Shown here in pieces: positions 1 through 10,761 of a stretch of 64,000 nucleotides of DNA. Origin of the DNA: Thermoplasmatales archaeon (GTDB lineage Archaea; Thermoplasmatota; Thermoplasmata; Thermoplasmatales; Thermoplasmataceae); NCBI GenBank assembly GCA_027310185.1, contig DAIDBH010000011.1, forward strand, positions 64,001 through 128,000, given 5' to 3'. The position numbers were made by a program, and so were the translations under genes. How positions within the stretch are numbered: the stretch's first letter is position 1; each line of letters starts with the position of its first letter. The notes under the pieces are model-generated. The model saw only the letters and a program-made list of their open reading frames with translations, was not told where the DNA came from and made no database searches.

Positions 1-69
1 TAAGTCATCAGGAAAATGTACTAATAAGGAAGAAAATATTATATTAAGCCATATATCATAACCTAAATC

Positions 70-1440
70 ATGATTCTTCATGATCACCTTTCAGATAAGT
101 TGAAGCCATTAAACAGGAAAGGCAGTGTCGTCAAACTTTTTGTTTGCGGTCCAACAGTTTATGACGAACCACATCTCGGTCACATTAAAACATATATCAC
201 ATTTGATGTACTTGCCAAGTATCTAAGATATAAGGGACACTCAGTTTTTTTCCTTGAAAACATCACAGATATAGATGACAAAATCATAAACAGGGCATTA
301 GAAACTGGCCAGGACCCTCTTGAACTTTCTTCACTGTATTTTCAGAAGTTTATTGAGGCAATGAAATTCGCGAAAATAGATTCAGTAAATTTTTACGCTC
401 CAGCCACTGATCATATTAAAGAAATAATAAGACAGATAAGGATTCTGGAGAGGCGTGGATATACCTACAAACTCCCTGATGGAATATATTACAGGGTATG
501 GATGGACAGGAATTATGGCATATTATCTGGTCAAAAAGCAGATAAGCTTGAGCAGGGAAAAAGGGCAACAGTGTCAGATTTCAAGGAGGACCCGAGGGAC
601 TTTGTTCTATGGAAATTTCAGAAAACAGAAAAAGAACCTGCATGGACGAGCCCATGGGGAAAGGGCAGACCTGGCTGGCACATAGAAGACACGGCAATAT
701 CTGGAAAATATTTCGGAAACCATTATGATATACACGGTGCCGGCTCAGACTTATTGTTTCCTCACCACGAGTCAGAACTCTCCATAATGTCATCTTTAAA
801 AGGTAATGGAAGGGTAGTTGATTTCTGGGTATATTCAGGGTTGCTGAAAATTAACGGGACAAAAATGTCCAAATCAGAGAACAATTTCATTACAGTTAAG
901 GAAATATCAGAAAAGTATTCATCAGAAACTGTCAGGATGGCATTTTTGTCAAATAATTATTCCTCGGAAACTGATTTCTCCGAATCTCTTCTCGAAGAAG
1001 CCAAGAAAAATGTGGAATACATAAACAGGGCTTACATGCTGCTTTCCGGTGTAAGAAAGAAGGGAAAGAAGCTGGAATATGAAAATTTATTCAAAGCTAT
1101 AGATAAGGAAATGGAAAAGGATCTGAACACAAGAAGTTCAATAGCTGGCCTGCTTGAAATATGTTCAATGATATATAAGAATATTGACCAGATGGATGAG
1201 AGTGATGCAAGCATCATGCAAGCAAGAATCGAAGATGTCGACTCTTATCTGGGAATACTGGTAAGAGGAAGCACAAATCTAAGCAATAATTCCATTGAGG
1301 AACTGGTAAGGTTGAGGGAAATTCTCAGAAAGGAAAAAAAATACGAGGATTCTGATATTTTGAGGAACGCACTCAGGAAATCTGGCATCATTATCGAAGA
1401 TGGACAGGGTAAATCAGGGTGGCATTATGAAATCAGGTAG
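70..1440 (+). CDS. cysS: Cysteine--tRNA ligase
   Basis: CGPTVY, HLGH (HIGH), GRPGWHIE, HGAGSDLLFPHHESE and KMSKS motifs. Confidence 0.97.
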   Translation: MILHDHLSDKLKPLNRKGSVVKLFVCGPTVYDEPHLGHIKTYITFDVLAKYLRYKGHSVFFLENITDIDDKIINRALETGQDPLELSSLYFQKFIEAMKFAKIDSVNFYAPATDHIKEIIRQIRILERRGYTYKLPDGIYYRVWMDRNYGILSGQKADKLEQGKRATVSDFKEDPRDFVLWKFQKTEKEPAWTSPWGKGRPGWHIEDTAISGKYFGNHYDIHGAGSDLLFPHHESELSIMSSLKGNGRVVDFWVYSGLLKINGTKMSKSENNFITVKEISEKYSSETVRMAFLSNNYSSETDFSESLLEEAKKNVEYINRAYMLLSGVRKKGKKLEYENLFKAIDKEMEKDLNTRSSIAGLLEICSMIYKNIDQMDESDASIMQARIEDVDSYLGILVRGSTNLSNNSIEELVRLREILRKEKKYEDSDILRNALRKSGIIIEDGQGKSGWHYEIR

Positions 1441-1966
1441 GGCTTTCATTGGTGTTGATCTTGTTGTGGACTTTGTAGATGGAAAATTCGGTTCAGAAAA
1501 TGCCAAACAGGTGGCTGAAAGGGCAGAAAAATTCCTAAAAAAGATAGATTCCACTGAAACAGTTGTACTGACACTGGATTCACACATGAAGAACGATCCA
1601 GAGTTTCGTGTTTGGGGAGAGCACTGCTTAAGAAACACAACAGGATCGTCACTTTATGGTGACCTGGATAAAATAAATGCATACCATGTGGAAAAGAGGT
1701 TTTATGATGCTTTCTTTCAGAGTGATCTGGATGGATTTCTGAGGGCTAAAGAAATAAGGGAACTTTATATTTTCGGCATCAGTACGGACATCTGTGTTCT
1801 TCATACTGTTGCAGGAGCATTTTTCAGATACTATAATATTACAATAATTGATGACCTCTGCGCATCCCTGAGGGAAGAAGATCATAATACAGCACTAATG
1901 CAGATGAAAAGATTGTATGGTGTCAGGACAATTAAATCAAATGAACTGGTGAAACTAAATGAGTGA
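1427..1966 (+). CDS. pncA: Nicotinamidase / isochorismatase-family cysteine hydrolase
   Basis: VDLVVDF, DSH, WGEHC, GISTDICV motifs; directly upstream of pncB; ATG at 1427 preferred. Confidence 0.8.
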   Translation: MKSGRAFIGVDLVVDFVDGKFGSENAKQVAERAEKFLKKIDSTETVVLTLDSHMKNDPEFRVWGEHCLRNTTGSSLYGDLDKINAYHVEKRFYDAFFQSDLDGFLRAKEIRELYIFGISTDICVLHTVAGAFFRYYNITIIDDLCASLREEDHNTALMQMKRLYGVRTIKSNELVKLNE

Positions 1967-3134
1967 AGGAAAGTTCTTTATTGCGACCGAGAAGGAGATA
2001 ATTGATGGAAAAGCCAGTGATGTGTATTTCAGCAGGACATTGAATCTTGTACTGCCGGAAAAGAAGATGGTAGTGGCTGAAATCACCTCTTCTGTTATTG
2101 AAGAGTGGATCAACTTTACCGGACTTGAGGAAGTGACAAATCTTCTTGAAGGAAGAAATATCGATGTGTGGGCAATTCCAGAAGGCACCCTTATAGGAAC
2201 AAGAGATTCAAGAGGGAGATCAATTCCTTTCATTGTCATGAAGGGAAATTATTCTGAAATCATGGAACTGGAGACTTCTATTCTCGGTTTTATATGCCAA
2301 TCATCAGGAATAAGCACAGAGGCTTCGAAGGTTTATATGGCATGCCATCCAAAGCCATTTGTATCATTTGGGATCAGGAGGATGCATCCAGGCATCTCAC
2401 CAATGATTGATAGGGCTGCATATATTGGCGGGGCAATTGGTGTATCAGGAATACTCGGAGCCGAGGTAATTGGAATAGAACCAACAGGTACAATGCCCCA
2501 CTCAGTAGCACTTTTAATGGGAGAAGAAAAAGCCTGGGAATATATTGCAAATAATTTTCCCCCGGGGACGAGAACACTTTTGATTGATACATTCGGGGAC
2601 GAAAAGTTCAAGGCGATTGAGGCAGCTGAAAAATTCCCTCAAATTGACTATATAAGAATAGATACGCCTTCTTCCAGGAGGGGCAACTTCCCGCAGATAG
2701 TCAGGGAAATCAGATGGGAACTGGATATCAGGGGTTTCACTAATATAAAAATAATGGTATCTGGAGGACTGAAGAAGGATCAGATACAGGAACTTAAGGA
2801 TGCAGGAGTCGATAGTTTTGGTGTCGGTACTTCAATCGCATCGGCACGATCAATAGATTTCGCCATGGATATTGTGGAAATTGATGGAATACCATCTACA
2901 AAGAGAGGGAAATTGTCCGGAATGAAAAACGTGTTCAGGTGTGAAACGTGTGGTTTCATCACCATAGGCTTATTCAATGAAAAACAGGTGTGCAAGGATC
3001 ACGGTGAAATGAAGCCATTGCTTGAACAGGTCATTCACAATGGAAAAAGGAGTTCCAAAAAACTCAATGCAGGTAAAATAAGGGAAAGAAGTGTAAATAT
3101 GGCAAAGGAACTGATGAGTCAGTTCAAAGAATAG
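1959..3134 (+). CDS. pncB: Nicotinate phosphoribosyltransferase
   Basis: SDVYF, SFGIRR, GTMPHS, RIDTPSSRRG, VSGG, FGVGT; Thermoplasma-type NAPRTase with C-terminal Zn motif. Confidence 0.92.
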   Translation: MSEGKFFIATEKEIIDGKASDVYFSRTLNLVLPEKKMVVAEITSSVIEEWINFTGLEEVTNLLEGRNIDVWAIPEGTLIGTRDSRGRSIPFIVMKGNYSEIMELETSILGFICQSSGISTEASKVYMACHPKPFVSFGIRRMHPGISPMIDRAAYIGGAIGVSGILGAEVIGIEPTGTMPHSVALLMGEEKAWEYIANNFPPGTRTLLIDTFGDEKFKAIEAAEKFPQIDYIRIDTPSSRRGNFPQIVREIRWELDIRGFTNIKIMVSGGLKKDQIQELKDAGVDSFGVGTSIASARSIDFAMDIVEIDGIPSTKRGKLSGMKNVFRCETCGFITIGLFNEKQVCKDHGEMKPLLEQVIHNGKRSSKKLNAGKIRERSVNMAKELMSQFKE

Positions 3135-3579
3135 TACATTTTATGATTTTAACCTGTGACACAGGCCTGTCATTTCTATCAGTTTTTGTTTTGCCTATGG
3201 CCTCAACAATCTGCATGCCTTCAATAACCTTCCCAAACACTGGGTGTTTTCCATCCAGGTAAAGATTATCCACAAGATTGATGAAAAACTGGCTCCCCCC
3301 TGTATTCGGGCCGGCATTTGCCATTGATATGGTCCCCTTCTTGTTGTGGTTGTCCTTGGAAAATTCATCCTTGATTGTGTATCCTGGACCACCCATGCCT
3401 GTTCCCCTGGGGTCTCCGCCCTGAATCATGAATCCAGCTATTACTCTGTGAAAAATCGTACCATCGTAAAATCCCTTTTTTGCAAGAGTAATAAAATTTC
3501 CTGCAGTTATGGGCATGTTCTCCTCATCTAGCTGTATCTTGAAATTTCCCGCTGTTGTTTGAAATTCAGCTACCTTCAT
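3124..3579 (-). CDS. ppiA: Cyclophilin-type peptidyl-prolyl cis-trans isomerase
   Basis: FHRVIAGFMIQGGDP, SMANAGPNTGGSQFFI, HPVFGKV; start at MKVAEF. Confidence 0.95.
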   Translation of the reverse strand: MKVAEFQTTAGNFKIQLDEENMPITAGNFITLAKKGFYDGTIFHRVIAGFMIQGGDPRGTGMGGPGYTIKDEFSKDNHNKKGTISMANAGPNTGGSQFFINLVDNLYLDGKHPVFGKVIEGMQIVEAIGKTKTDRNDRPVSQVKIIKCTIL

Positions 3580-3704
3580 ACATATCAAGAGGTTTATAAC
3601 AAACAATATTATTAGATGTTCGATTTGTTTCTCCTTGAAATTTGCTACCGCTTCAATCCTGAAAAACGGGGAAATTATAATATAACAATTAATTATGGTT
3701 CTTT

Positions 3705-4004
3705 ATGATTGTAGTGGAAAACAGGATCAGGGTCAGCAAGGATTTCAGAAATGAATTTGAGGAGAGATTCAAGAACAGGCAATCCAACCTCAAAAAATTT
3801 AATGGGTTTGTTAGGAATTATATATTGAAACCTACCGGAACTGATGATGAATATGTCGTTATGACTTTGTGGGAGTCAAGAAAAGACTTTGATTCATGGA
3901 CCGATTCTGCAGATTTCAAGGAATCACACTCCATGCCAATGCCGCAGGGATCAATTCTTGATCGTCCAGTACTTAAAATCCATGAGGTCATCCAGGAGAT
4001 TTAG
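3705..4004 (+). CDS. ABM-family monooxygenase, IsdG/HmoA-like heme-degrading type
   Basis: N-terminal VENRIRV, FEERF, TLWES..DFDSW..S.DFKESH pattern. Confidence 0.8.
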   Translation: MIVVENRIRVSKDFRNEFEERFKNRQSNLKKFNGFVRNYILKPTGTDDEYVVMTLWESRKDFDSWTDSADFKESHSMPMPQGSILDRPVLKIHEVIQEI

Positions 4005-4037
4005 AAACCTAAATCTAAAGGATCATAATACACCATC

Positions 4038-4928
4038 ATGGAACTGATCAGGAAGGGAAAGGTTAAGGATGTATATGACAATGGAAACACTTTGATTTTC
4101 AAGTTTTCAGACAGGATCTCAGTTTTTGATAAAATCATACCTGTCAATGTACCTAACAAGGGTGAATCGGTGTGCAGGACATCTGCTTACTGGTTTAATT
4201 TTGTTCAAAAGAACATGGGTATCAAGACACATTTTCTCTCCCTGAGGGCAAATAACGAGATGGAGGTCAGGAAATACAGGGTAAATGAGTCAGGAGGATC
4301 AAGACACTGGATCAATTTCCTCATTCCACTGGAATTTGTAATGAGACATTATGCGGCTGGCACACTTATTGATAGAATCAAGTCCGGGAAAATTAACAGG
4401 GAGGATCTTGGAATGAATCATATTCCAGAGAAGGGAGAAATGCTGGATGACCCATTTTTTGAAATGACAACAAAATTTGAAAAAACTGATAGGCCACTTA
4501 ATTTCAAGGAAGCTGCAGAAATTGGAGGGTTGACCGAGGAAGAGATATATAGAATACGAGATATCATTGGAAAAATCGATAGAAAGATGCAAACAGAAGT
4601 GGCCAAGAGGGGTTTGATCCACGCAGATGGAAAGAAGGAATTTGCACTCGGAGAAGGGAGAGAAATAATAATTGTCGACACGTTCGGAACAGCTGACGAA
4701 GACAGGTTCTGGGAAATGCAGGAATATGAGAAGGGAAAAATAGTGGAACTTTCAAAGGAAAGTGTCAGGAAATATTACAGGGACAATGGATATTATGACA
4801 GACTGTATGAAGCGAGGGGTAAGGGAGAGAAGGAACCAGAAATTGAAGCCCTGCCAGAAAATCTTATAGAATCAACATCAAAATTATACAGAACAATGTA
4901 TGAAAGGATAACTGGCCAGACCTGGTGA
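4038..4928 (+). CDS. purC: SAICAR synthase
   Basis: GKVKDVY, SDRISVFD, DGKKEF, DTFGTADEDRFW, SKESVR. Confidence 0.96.
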   Translation: MELIRKGKVKDVYDNGNTLIFKFSDRISVFDKIIPVNVPNKGESVCRTSAYWFNFVQKNMGIKTHFLSLRANNEMEVRKYRVNESGGSRHWINFLIPLEFVMRHYAAGTLIDRIKSGKINREDLGMNHIPEKGEMLDDPFFEMTTKFEKTDRPLNFKEAAEIGGLTEEEIYRIRDIIGKIDRKMQTEVAKRGLIHADGKKEFALGEGREIIIVDTFGTADEDRFWEMQEYEKGKIVELSKESVRKYYRDNGYYDRLYEARGKGEKEPEIEALPENLIESTSKLYRTMYERITGQTW

Positions 4929-4961
4929 ATCCTTCCCAGAAGATTTTCAAATTTCCTCTTT

Positions 4962-5354
4962 CTAGATACCAAGTTCTATGTTCGTCTCCAGATGATTCCA
5001 CAAGTGGTGTTCAAGTTCATAGGCCCAGATTGCCTCAGGTACAGGCTCAAAGAATGAGAATGGAGTTTTAATGGCTGTTTTCAACCTGGACTCCGAATCT
5101 TCTTCTATCCATTCCCTTATTCCCATTATCACATCTATGTTGTTGGGGTCACCCTTAACTATGACTGTAAAACCCTTAGTTGTAGAAAGAAGAGCTCTCA
5201 TTATACCTCCCTTCTTGGCCTGAATGATTTGTGTATGATCAAGGTTTATCCTCTGGGTAATAAATCCCTCCTCCTTGAAGAAGCTCAATATCAGGTTTCC
5301 AAGTTTCTGCATATCCACCTGCTCGTTCAGGTAGATTCTATTTGTGAACCGCAT
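4962..5354 (-). CDS. Hypothetical protein
   Basis: 130-aa ORF with normal composition filling the gap between neighbours. Confidence 0.7.
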   Translation of the reverse strand: MRFTNRIYLNEQVDMQKLGNLILSFFKEEGFITQRINLDHTQIIQAKKGGIMRALLSTTKGFTVIVKGDPNNIDVIMGIREWIEEDSESRLKTAIKTPFSFFEPVPEAIWAYELEHHLWNHLETNIELGI

Positions 5355-5398
5355 GATCAGGAAATAAAGAAATAGTTATAATATTATCTAAACAATTA

Positions 5399-6028
5399 TT
5401 GTCAATGGACATTGATATAGGTCTTTCAAGAATTAGAAGAAGGATAAATGGAGCGACCAGAGTTCTAGCCCTTGATCTGGAAACCCTCGTCAAGGATGGA
5501 TTTCTGAAGAATGAATCAATTGTAGCAATATCAGTTGGAACATTGCAGGGCAATTATGACGTCATTATGGCCGATCAAAATAATTATAATGAATATGATC
5601 TTCTATCGCAATTACAGGATTTTGTAGATTCATATCAGCCAGAAGTTATAATCGGTTATAATCACGTGAGCTATGATATAACTTTAATAAACACCAAACT
5701 CGTCAGCTTGCCTTACTCCAAACAGTTATTTGCGCTGAAATTTTTCTTCGGAACATCCTATCTACTGGATATGATGTATGCATGTGCTCTTGATATGAGG
5801 GTAAAAACCGGGGACTACATAATAAGAAGTCTCAGGAAAATAGTAAACTCTGAATTCTATAACGAACTTGACTTAATGAGGGTCAAGGAAAATATTCAGA
5901 TTGATGGCATGAACCCGGCTGAGGCCGTTGAATATCTGTGGAAGAATGACGCTAAAAAACTTCGTGAATACTCACTTGGCGATGTTCACGATGTAATTGA
6001 ACTTTACAAGTCTATTTTTAAATATTGA
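5399..6028 (+). CDS. Stand-alone RNase H-like 3'-5' exonuclease (PolB-exo/DnaQ-like)
   Basis: ExoI ALDLET, ExoII IGYNHVSYD, ExoIII YSLGDV. Confidence 0.75.
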   Translation: MSMDIDIGLSRIRRRINGATRVLALDLETLVKDGFLKNESIVAISVGTLQGNYDVIMADQNNYNEYDLLSQLQDFVDSYQPEVIIGYNHVSYDITLINTKLVSLPYSKQLFALKFFFGTSYLLDMMYACALDMRVKTGDYIIRSLRKIVNSEFYNELDLMRVKENIQIDGMNPAEAVEYLWKNDAKKLREYSLGDVHDVIELYKSIFKY

Positions 6029-6116
6029 AATGAAATAGAACTCAATTTCCTTGTTCTTAATTAGCAGATTGAATCAAGGGTTACTTATCAAAAAATCAAA
6101 AATTATGACCGGTTAT

Positions 6117-6539
6117 TTAAAGTAGGCCATACTTGCCAGCTACATTTTCAACATTCTCTACATAATCCTCGAAGATTCGCAGGATATCCCTGGATGTTAT
6201 AATTCCAACAAATCTACCATTTTTCCCAACAAGTATTCTGCGTATTCCATTTTTGCTCATTATAACAGTTACCTTTCTTGTCGGTGTATCCTCAGCAACG
6301 CTCCTGATTTCTGTTGACATTATTTCCCCGAGCTTTATTTTCTCAGGATTAATTCCCGTTGCCATAACCTTGCTCACAAAATCCCACTCTGTAACTATCC
6401 CCTTAATGGTACTATTTTCTCCTACCAGAACATATCCTCTATGATCCTTTGCCATAAGCTTTGTGGCTGAAGCGACATCCAAATCCTCTGGAAGAGGTGA
6501 TGGAATTGGTGACATAATATCTTCCGCGTTTAGTACCAT
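6117..6539 (-). CDS. CBS-pair domain protein
   Basis: AEDIMS, KGIVTEWD, GEIMS, VGIITSRD CBS repeats. Confidence 0.9.
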   Translation of the reverse strand: MVLNAEDIMSPIPSPLPEDLDVASATKLMAKDHRGYVLVGENSTIKGIVTEWDFVSKVMATGINPEKIKLGEIMSTEIRSVAEDTPTRKVTVIMSKNGIRRILVGKNGRFVGIITSRDILRIFEDYVENVENVAGKYGLL

Positions 6540-6946
6540 AACCTGTCATTTTCATAAGATATTTAAAATCAATGTAAGTTGATATGGTTCTTTAAAGGTT
6601 TTAACGGGTTTAAATATGAATGAATAAAAAGATGAAGATAGAATCTATCAATTGCTTACTTTACTGGCATAAGGTAAAGGTTGTTTATCTGTGATATCCT
6701 CTTTAATAGCATTCTCATTTCATTTAGATCAAACTCATGAATCAGGTTGAAGTTTCCATCCCTATCCTGTCTTAATGAACACTATATCAGCATAAGTTCA
6801 CGAATAATAGTTGCCAAGAATTTCATAGGAGTGCCGAAAGAATGATTGTCATTCTTAATGAATTCTGTGGTGATAGACCATACAAATGTGCGATGAGCTA
6901 AAAAAATTAAAAAGTATTTAATACACATAGCTATTGACTGAATGGA

Positions 6947-7591
6947 GTGGAATTAATGGAAAAATTAATGGAAACTGGAACAACAACTGTAGCTATTACA
7001 CTCAAAGATGCCGTTATAATGGCAACTGAGAGGAGAGTTACAATGGAGCATTTTATAGCACACAAGGACGGACAGAAACTATTTCAAATTGATACATATG
7101 CTGGAATGACCATTGCAGGCCTTGTAGGCGATGCTCAGGTACTTGTCAGATACATGAAAGCAGAGCTTGAATTATACAGGATGCAGAGAAAAATAAATAT
7201 CCCAATAAGCGCCGCAGCCACATTACTTTCAAACATACTTAACCAGACTAAGTTCTATCCTTATATGGTTCAGATACTCATAGGAGGTGTCGACTCAAAA
7301 CCACACATCTTCTCAGTAGATGCAGCAGGTGGCTCAGTAGAAGACATATTTGTCAGTACTGGATCAGGATCTCCATTCGTATACGGTGTTCTTGAATCAA
7401 TGTACAGCAAGGACATGAACGTCGATGAGGGAGTAGATCTGGTAATAAAGGGCATATCTGCAGCTAAATCAAGAGATTCAGCATCAGGTGGAATGATAGA
7501 TGTTGCCGTAATTACAAAGGAAAAAGGCTATGTTCAGATCGAAGAATCAGACGTTTTGAACAGAATTAAAAAACTAAAATTAAACCTTTAA
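6947..7591 (+). CDS. psmB: 20S proteasome beta subunit
   Basis: Short propeptide then ETG/TTTV catalytic Thr, [17 protein letters not shown]; close to the Thermoplasma beta subunit. Confidence 0.98.
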   Translation: MELMEKLMETGTTTVAITLKDAVIMATERRVTMEHFIAHKDGQKLFQIDTYAGMTIAGLVGDAQVLVRYMKAELELYRMQRKINIPISAAATLLSNILNQTKFYPYMVQILIGGVDSKPHIFSVDAAGGSVEDIFVSTGSGSPFVYGVLESMYSKDMNVDEGVDLVIKGISAAKSRDSASGGMIDVAVITKEKGYVQIEESDVLNRIKKLKLNL

Positions 7592-7643
7592 ATATTATTA
7601 TTACTTACTTTAAAAAAAATAAATTTTTCAGGAGTCATCAGAA

Positions 7644-9566
7644 ATGGTATTCAGAGACTATATTGAGGATGCAAAATCCATATTCAAGAGACTTGTTCCG
7701 GATAACGAAATTACAGAAGTTGTCTATGAAGGGCCAAATATTGTGGTCTACACAAAGAACGAGGATCTTTTTGCGAACAGGGATGATATTGCAATAAAGG
7801 TAGCACAGGAAATCAGGAGAAGGATATTCATCAGGCCAGATCCATCTATCCTTAAGGACGAGGATCAGGTGAGGAAGATTGTGGAAGATACAATTCCTGA
7901 GGAGGCAGGACTTAAGGATATCTATTTCGAATCAGATACTGGTGAAGTTGTCATAGAGCTTGAAGAACCGTCAGTTATATCACAGAAGGATTCTGAATAT
8001 GTGCATTCCATAAAAAACAATACCAACTGGTACCCAAGGATAATCAGGGCACCTCCAATGCATTCTCACACTGTTAAAGAAGTAAGGGAATTCATGAGGG
8101 AGGTCAAGGATGAAAGAAAGAAATTCCTAAATTCACTTGGGCAGAAATTGAATTCCCCTGTAATGATCGGTGAAACATGGGTAAGGTTAACAGCTCTTGG
8201 CGGTCACAGGGAAGTTGGAAGAAGTGCCACGTTAGTCTCAACAAACAATTCCAAGATACTAATAGACTGTGGTATGATGAATACAAGCACAGCCGGAGAA
8301 AAACCCTGGGAAGGATCTCCATATTTATACCTGCCTGAAGTTCAGCCCTTAAGTTCAATAGATGCCGTAATCCTCACGCATGCCCATCTTGATCATTCAG
8401 GCATGGCCCCAATGCTTTACAAGTATGGATATGAAGGTCCTATTTACATGACACAGCCTACAAGGGATCTCGCAGTATTGCTACAGAACGATTTCATAAA
8501 AGTAGCACATATGGAAGGCTATAAGGCTCCATACGAAACAAAGCACATAAGGGAGGAATTGAAGAGAACGATCGTATTGAGAAATAACGAAACAACAGAT
8601 ATCACGCCGGATGTGAGACTTACATTTTACAATGCGGGTCATATACTTGGTTCAGCTTCCGTACATCTGCATATAGGGGATGGTTTATACAACGTTGTAC
8701 TGAGCGGTGATGTCAAGTTTGAAAAAACCTGGCTCTTTAATCCTGCCAATAATAAGTTTCCAAGAGTGGAAACGTTCATGACAGAAAGTACCTATTCAGG
8801 CAGGGATGATTACCATAAGACAAGGAAAGATGCATCAGAAATTCTTGTCAATATAATAAATCGTACATTTGAAAGGGGTGGCTCTGTTTTAATTCCTGTT
8901 TTCGCAGTAGGAAGGAGTCAGGAAGTAATGATGGTTCTTGAAGAAGCCATGAGGACTGGGGCAATAAAACAGACACCAGTATATCTTGATGGGATGATCA
9001 TGGAGGCAACAGCAATTCATGCTGCTTACCCTGAATTCTTAAACAGGAATCTGAGGGAGCAGATCATGATCCAGAGAGAAAATCCATTTATGAGTCCAAT
9101 TTTCAAGAAGGTCGAAACCAGAGAACAGAGACTGCAGATATGTGATTCATCTGAAAGTAATATTGTTCTTGCAACGTCAGGTATGATGAATGGTGGTCCA
9201 GTTATGGAATTCTTCAAGGCATGGTCAGATTCCCCAAAAAATTCACTTGTATTTGTTGGGTATCAGGCTGAGGGAACATTTGGTAAAAGACTCCAGAGAG
9301 GTGCAAAGGAAGTAAGCCTCAGTGAGGGTGGGAAGATGACAACCTATCCAGTAAACATGAATGTCGAGACTGCCGAAGGCTTTTCCGGACATTCAGACAA
9401 GAAGCAATTGCTTGCGTATATAGCAACAATGATGCCAAAGCCAAAAAGGATACTTGTAAATCACGGTGAAAGTGAGAATGCACAGGATTTTGCCAGGCAA
9501 ATAAGGCAGAAATTCGGCATAGAAGCCCATGCATTGAGGAATCTGGAGACCATAAGGCTGTATTAG
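7644..9566 (+). CDS. fttA: beta-CASP ribonuclease aCPSF1 (transcription termination factor FttA)
   Basis: N-terminal KH region, EVGRS, THAHLDH, AGHILGS, ESTY, GFSGHSD, NHGE; conserved psmB-aCPSF1 gene order. Confidence 0.96.
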   Translation: MVFRDYIEDAKSIFKRLVPDNEITEVVYEGPNIVVYTKNEDLFANRDDIAIKVAQEIRRRIFIRPDPSILKDEDQVRKIVEDTIPEEAGLKDIYFESDTGEVVIELEEPSVISQKDSEYVHSIKNNTNWYPRIIRAPPMHSHTVKEVREFMREVKDERKKFLNSLGQKLNSPVMIGETWVRLTALGGHREVGRSATLVSTNNSKILIDCGMMNTSTAGEKPWEGSPYLYLPEVQPLSSIDAVILTHAHLDHSGMAPMLYKYGYEGPIYMTQPTRDLAVLLQNDFIKVAHMEGYKAPYETKHIREELKRTIVLRNNETTDITPDVRLTFYNAGHILGSASVHLHIGDGLYNVVLSGDVKFEKTWLFNPANNKFPRVETFMTESTYSGRDDYHKTRKDASEILVNIINRTFERGGSVLIPVFAVGRSQEVMMVLEEAMRTGAIKQTPVYLDGMIMEATAIHAAYPEFLNRNLREQIMIQRENPFMSPIFKKVETREQRLQICDSSESNIVLATSGMMNGGPVMEFFKAWSDSPKNSLVFVGYQAEGTFGKRLQRGAKEVSLSEGGKMTTYPVNMNVETAEGFSGHSDKKQLLAYIATMMPKPKRILVNHGESENAQDFARQIRQKFGIEAHALRNLETIRLY

Positions 9567-9575
9567 GTGAGATAA

Positions 9576-10109
9576 TTGAGTAAGCTAGAAGTGCTGATAT
9601 ATGCACCAGGAAAGGAAGATCACAGAGAAAAATCATTAAAGGAGCTTGTTAATTTAATCATTGGTAAGAATCCGGGAAGAATTTTCATAAGTCTTGAATC
9701 CTGCAGTGAAGCAGTGAGGAATAAATTAACGGAAGAATTTAAGAATATTCCGGTAAATGTTGTCGAATGCGATTTTGCTGGAAAAGTTCCGGACAAAGGT
9801 CAATCTACAGACCTTCAGGTAAAGAGGAAAGTCCTTGAGCTTGGCCTTGACACAATTGCAAAGTATGTGGAGAATATCAATGAATCTGTTGAGTCCTTGA
9901 ACTCTGAAATTACCATGTCCCTTTTCCGGGCGTTTTTCATATTTTATTCGAATGCCATGCCAGAAGATTATGAAATACTGTACGAGGACCGAAGGATGTG
10001 CATTCTGGGAAAACTGGTACATGAAAAAATAGAACAAGGAGATCTTTTAATTGTTTCCCCGTGGGACGCATACTGGTTCAAGGACGAGTTTGAAAAGATC
10101 AAGTACTGA
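9576..10109 (+). CDS. Hypothetical protein, third gene of the psmB-fttA unit
   Basis: AGGTGA SD just upstream of the TTG start; 9 nt after the fttA stop. Confidence 0.75.
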   Translation: MSKLEVLIYAPGKEDHREKSLKELVNLIIGKNPGRIFISLESCSEAVRNKLTEEFKNIPVNVVECDFAGKVPDKGQSTDLQVKRKVLELGLDTIAKYVENINESVESLNSEITMSLFRAFFIFYSNAMPEDYEILYEDRRMCILGKLVHEKIEQGDLLIVSPWDAYWFKDEFEKIKY

Positions 10110-10185
10110 AATACTGTTAATGTCATTTAATATTTCCTAATTCAAATCAACAACGTAGTTTAAGTATTAGTTTAAATTCTATATT

Positions 10186-10761
10186 TTGATGAATAATCTG
10201 TTCAAGTGGATTTCAATTGTCACACTTTTCATCATCCTTATAACAGGGTCATCATCTCTATCTTCTTTTCAGGTCCAGGATCACCATGTTAATGGAGGGA
10301 AATTAAGTGGAAGTTATGGTTCTGTTTATGAAACAGGTGTTGGAAATACGGTATCCACACAGCCACTTATCCCCATACTAAAGTTCACTCAAATAAAGTT
10401 CATCTTGATTCAGACAAATTCCAATATAACTCCATCAGGGAAAATTTACATAGATGGGGAGCTGTCAATGAATATAACAAGTTCCAATCTATCAGATCTG
10501 CATTTCAAAGTTGCTGAGAACCGGTTTTATAAATTCGAACTACAGTTCAACTCTGGGACATATTTGCCATACTATCTCAATACCACGGTCGAAGGAAACA
10601 CTTCAGTTCCAGTCATCCTTCAATCTGTCAGGAACAGTGCAAGTAACCTGTATGTACAGGGGCTCGAATTAAACAACGAGTATATTTCATTCATTGTTGC
10701 CTTCCTTATTCTGATGTTGTCACTTGTTGCAATTCCAAGGAAGTATCTTGGACAAAATTAG
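10186..10761 (+). CDS. Secreted, membrane-anchored hypothetical protein
   Basis: N-terminal signal-like hydrophobic segment, beta-rich body with N-x-S/T sequons, C-terminal TM helix. Confidence 0.75.
   Translation: MMNNLFKWISIVTLFIILITGSSSLSSFQVQDHHVNGGKLSGSYGSVYETGVGNTVSTQPLIPILKFTQIKFILIQTNSNITPSGKIYIDGELSMNITSSNLSDLHFKVAENRFYKFELQFNSGTYLPYYLNTTVEGNTSVPVILQSVRNSASNLYVQGLELNNEYISFIVAFLILMLSLVAIPRKYLGQN

Noticed and set aside
6540-6946. Possible small gene between the CBS gene and psmB
   Set aside because: Only short, stop-interrupted frames with no recognisable motif; cannot support a gene or pseudogene call
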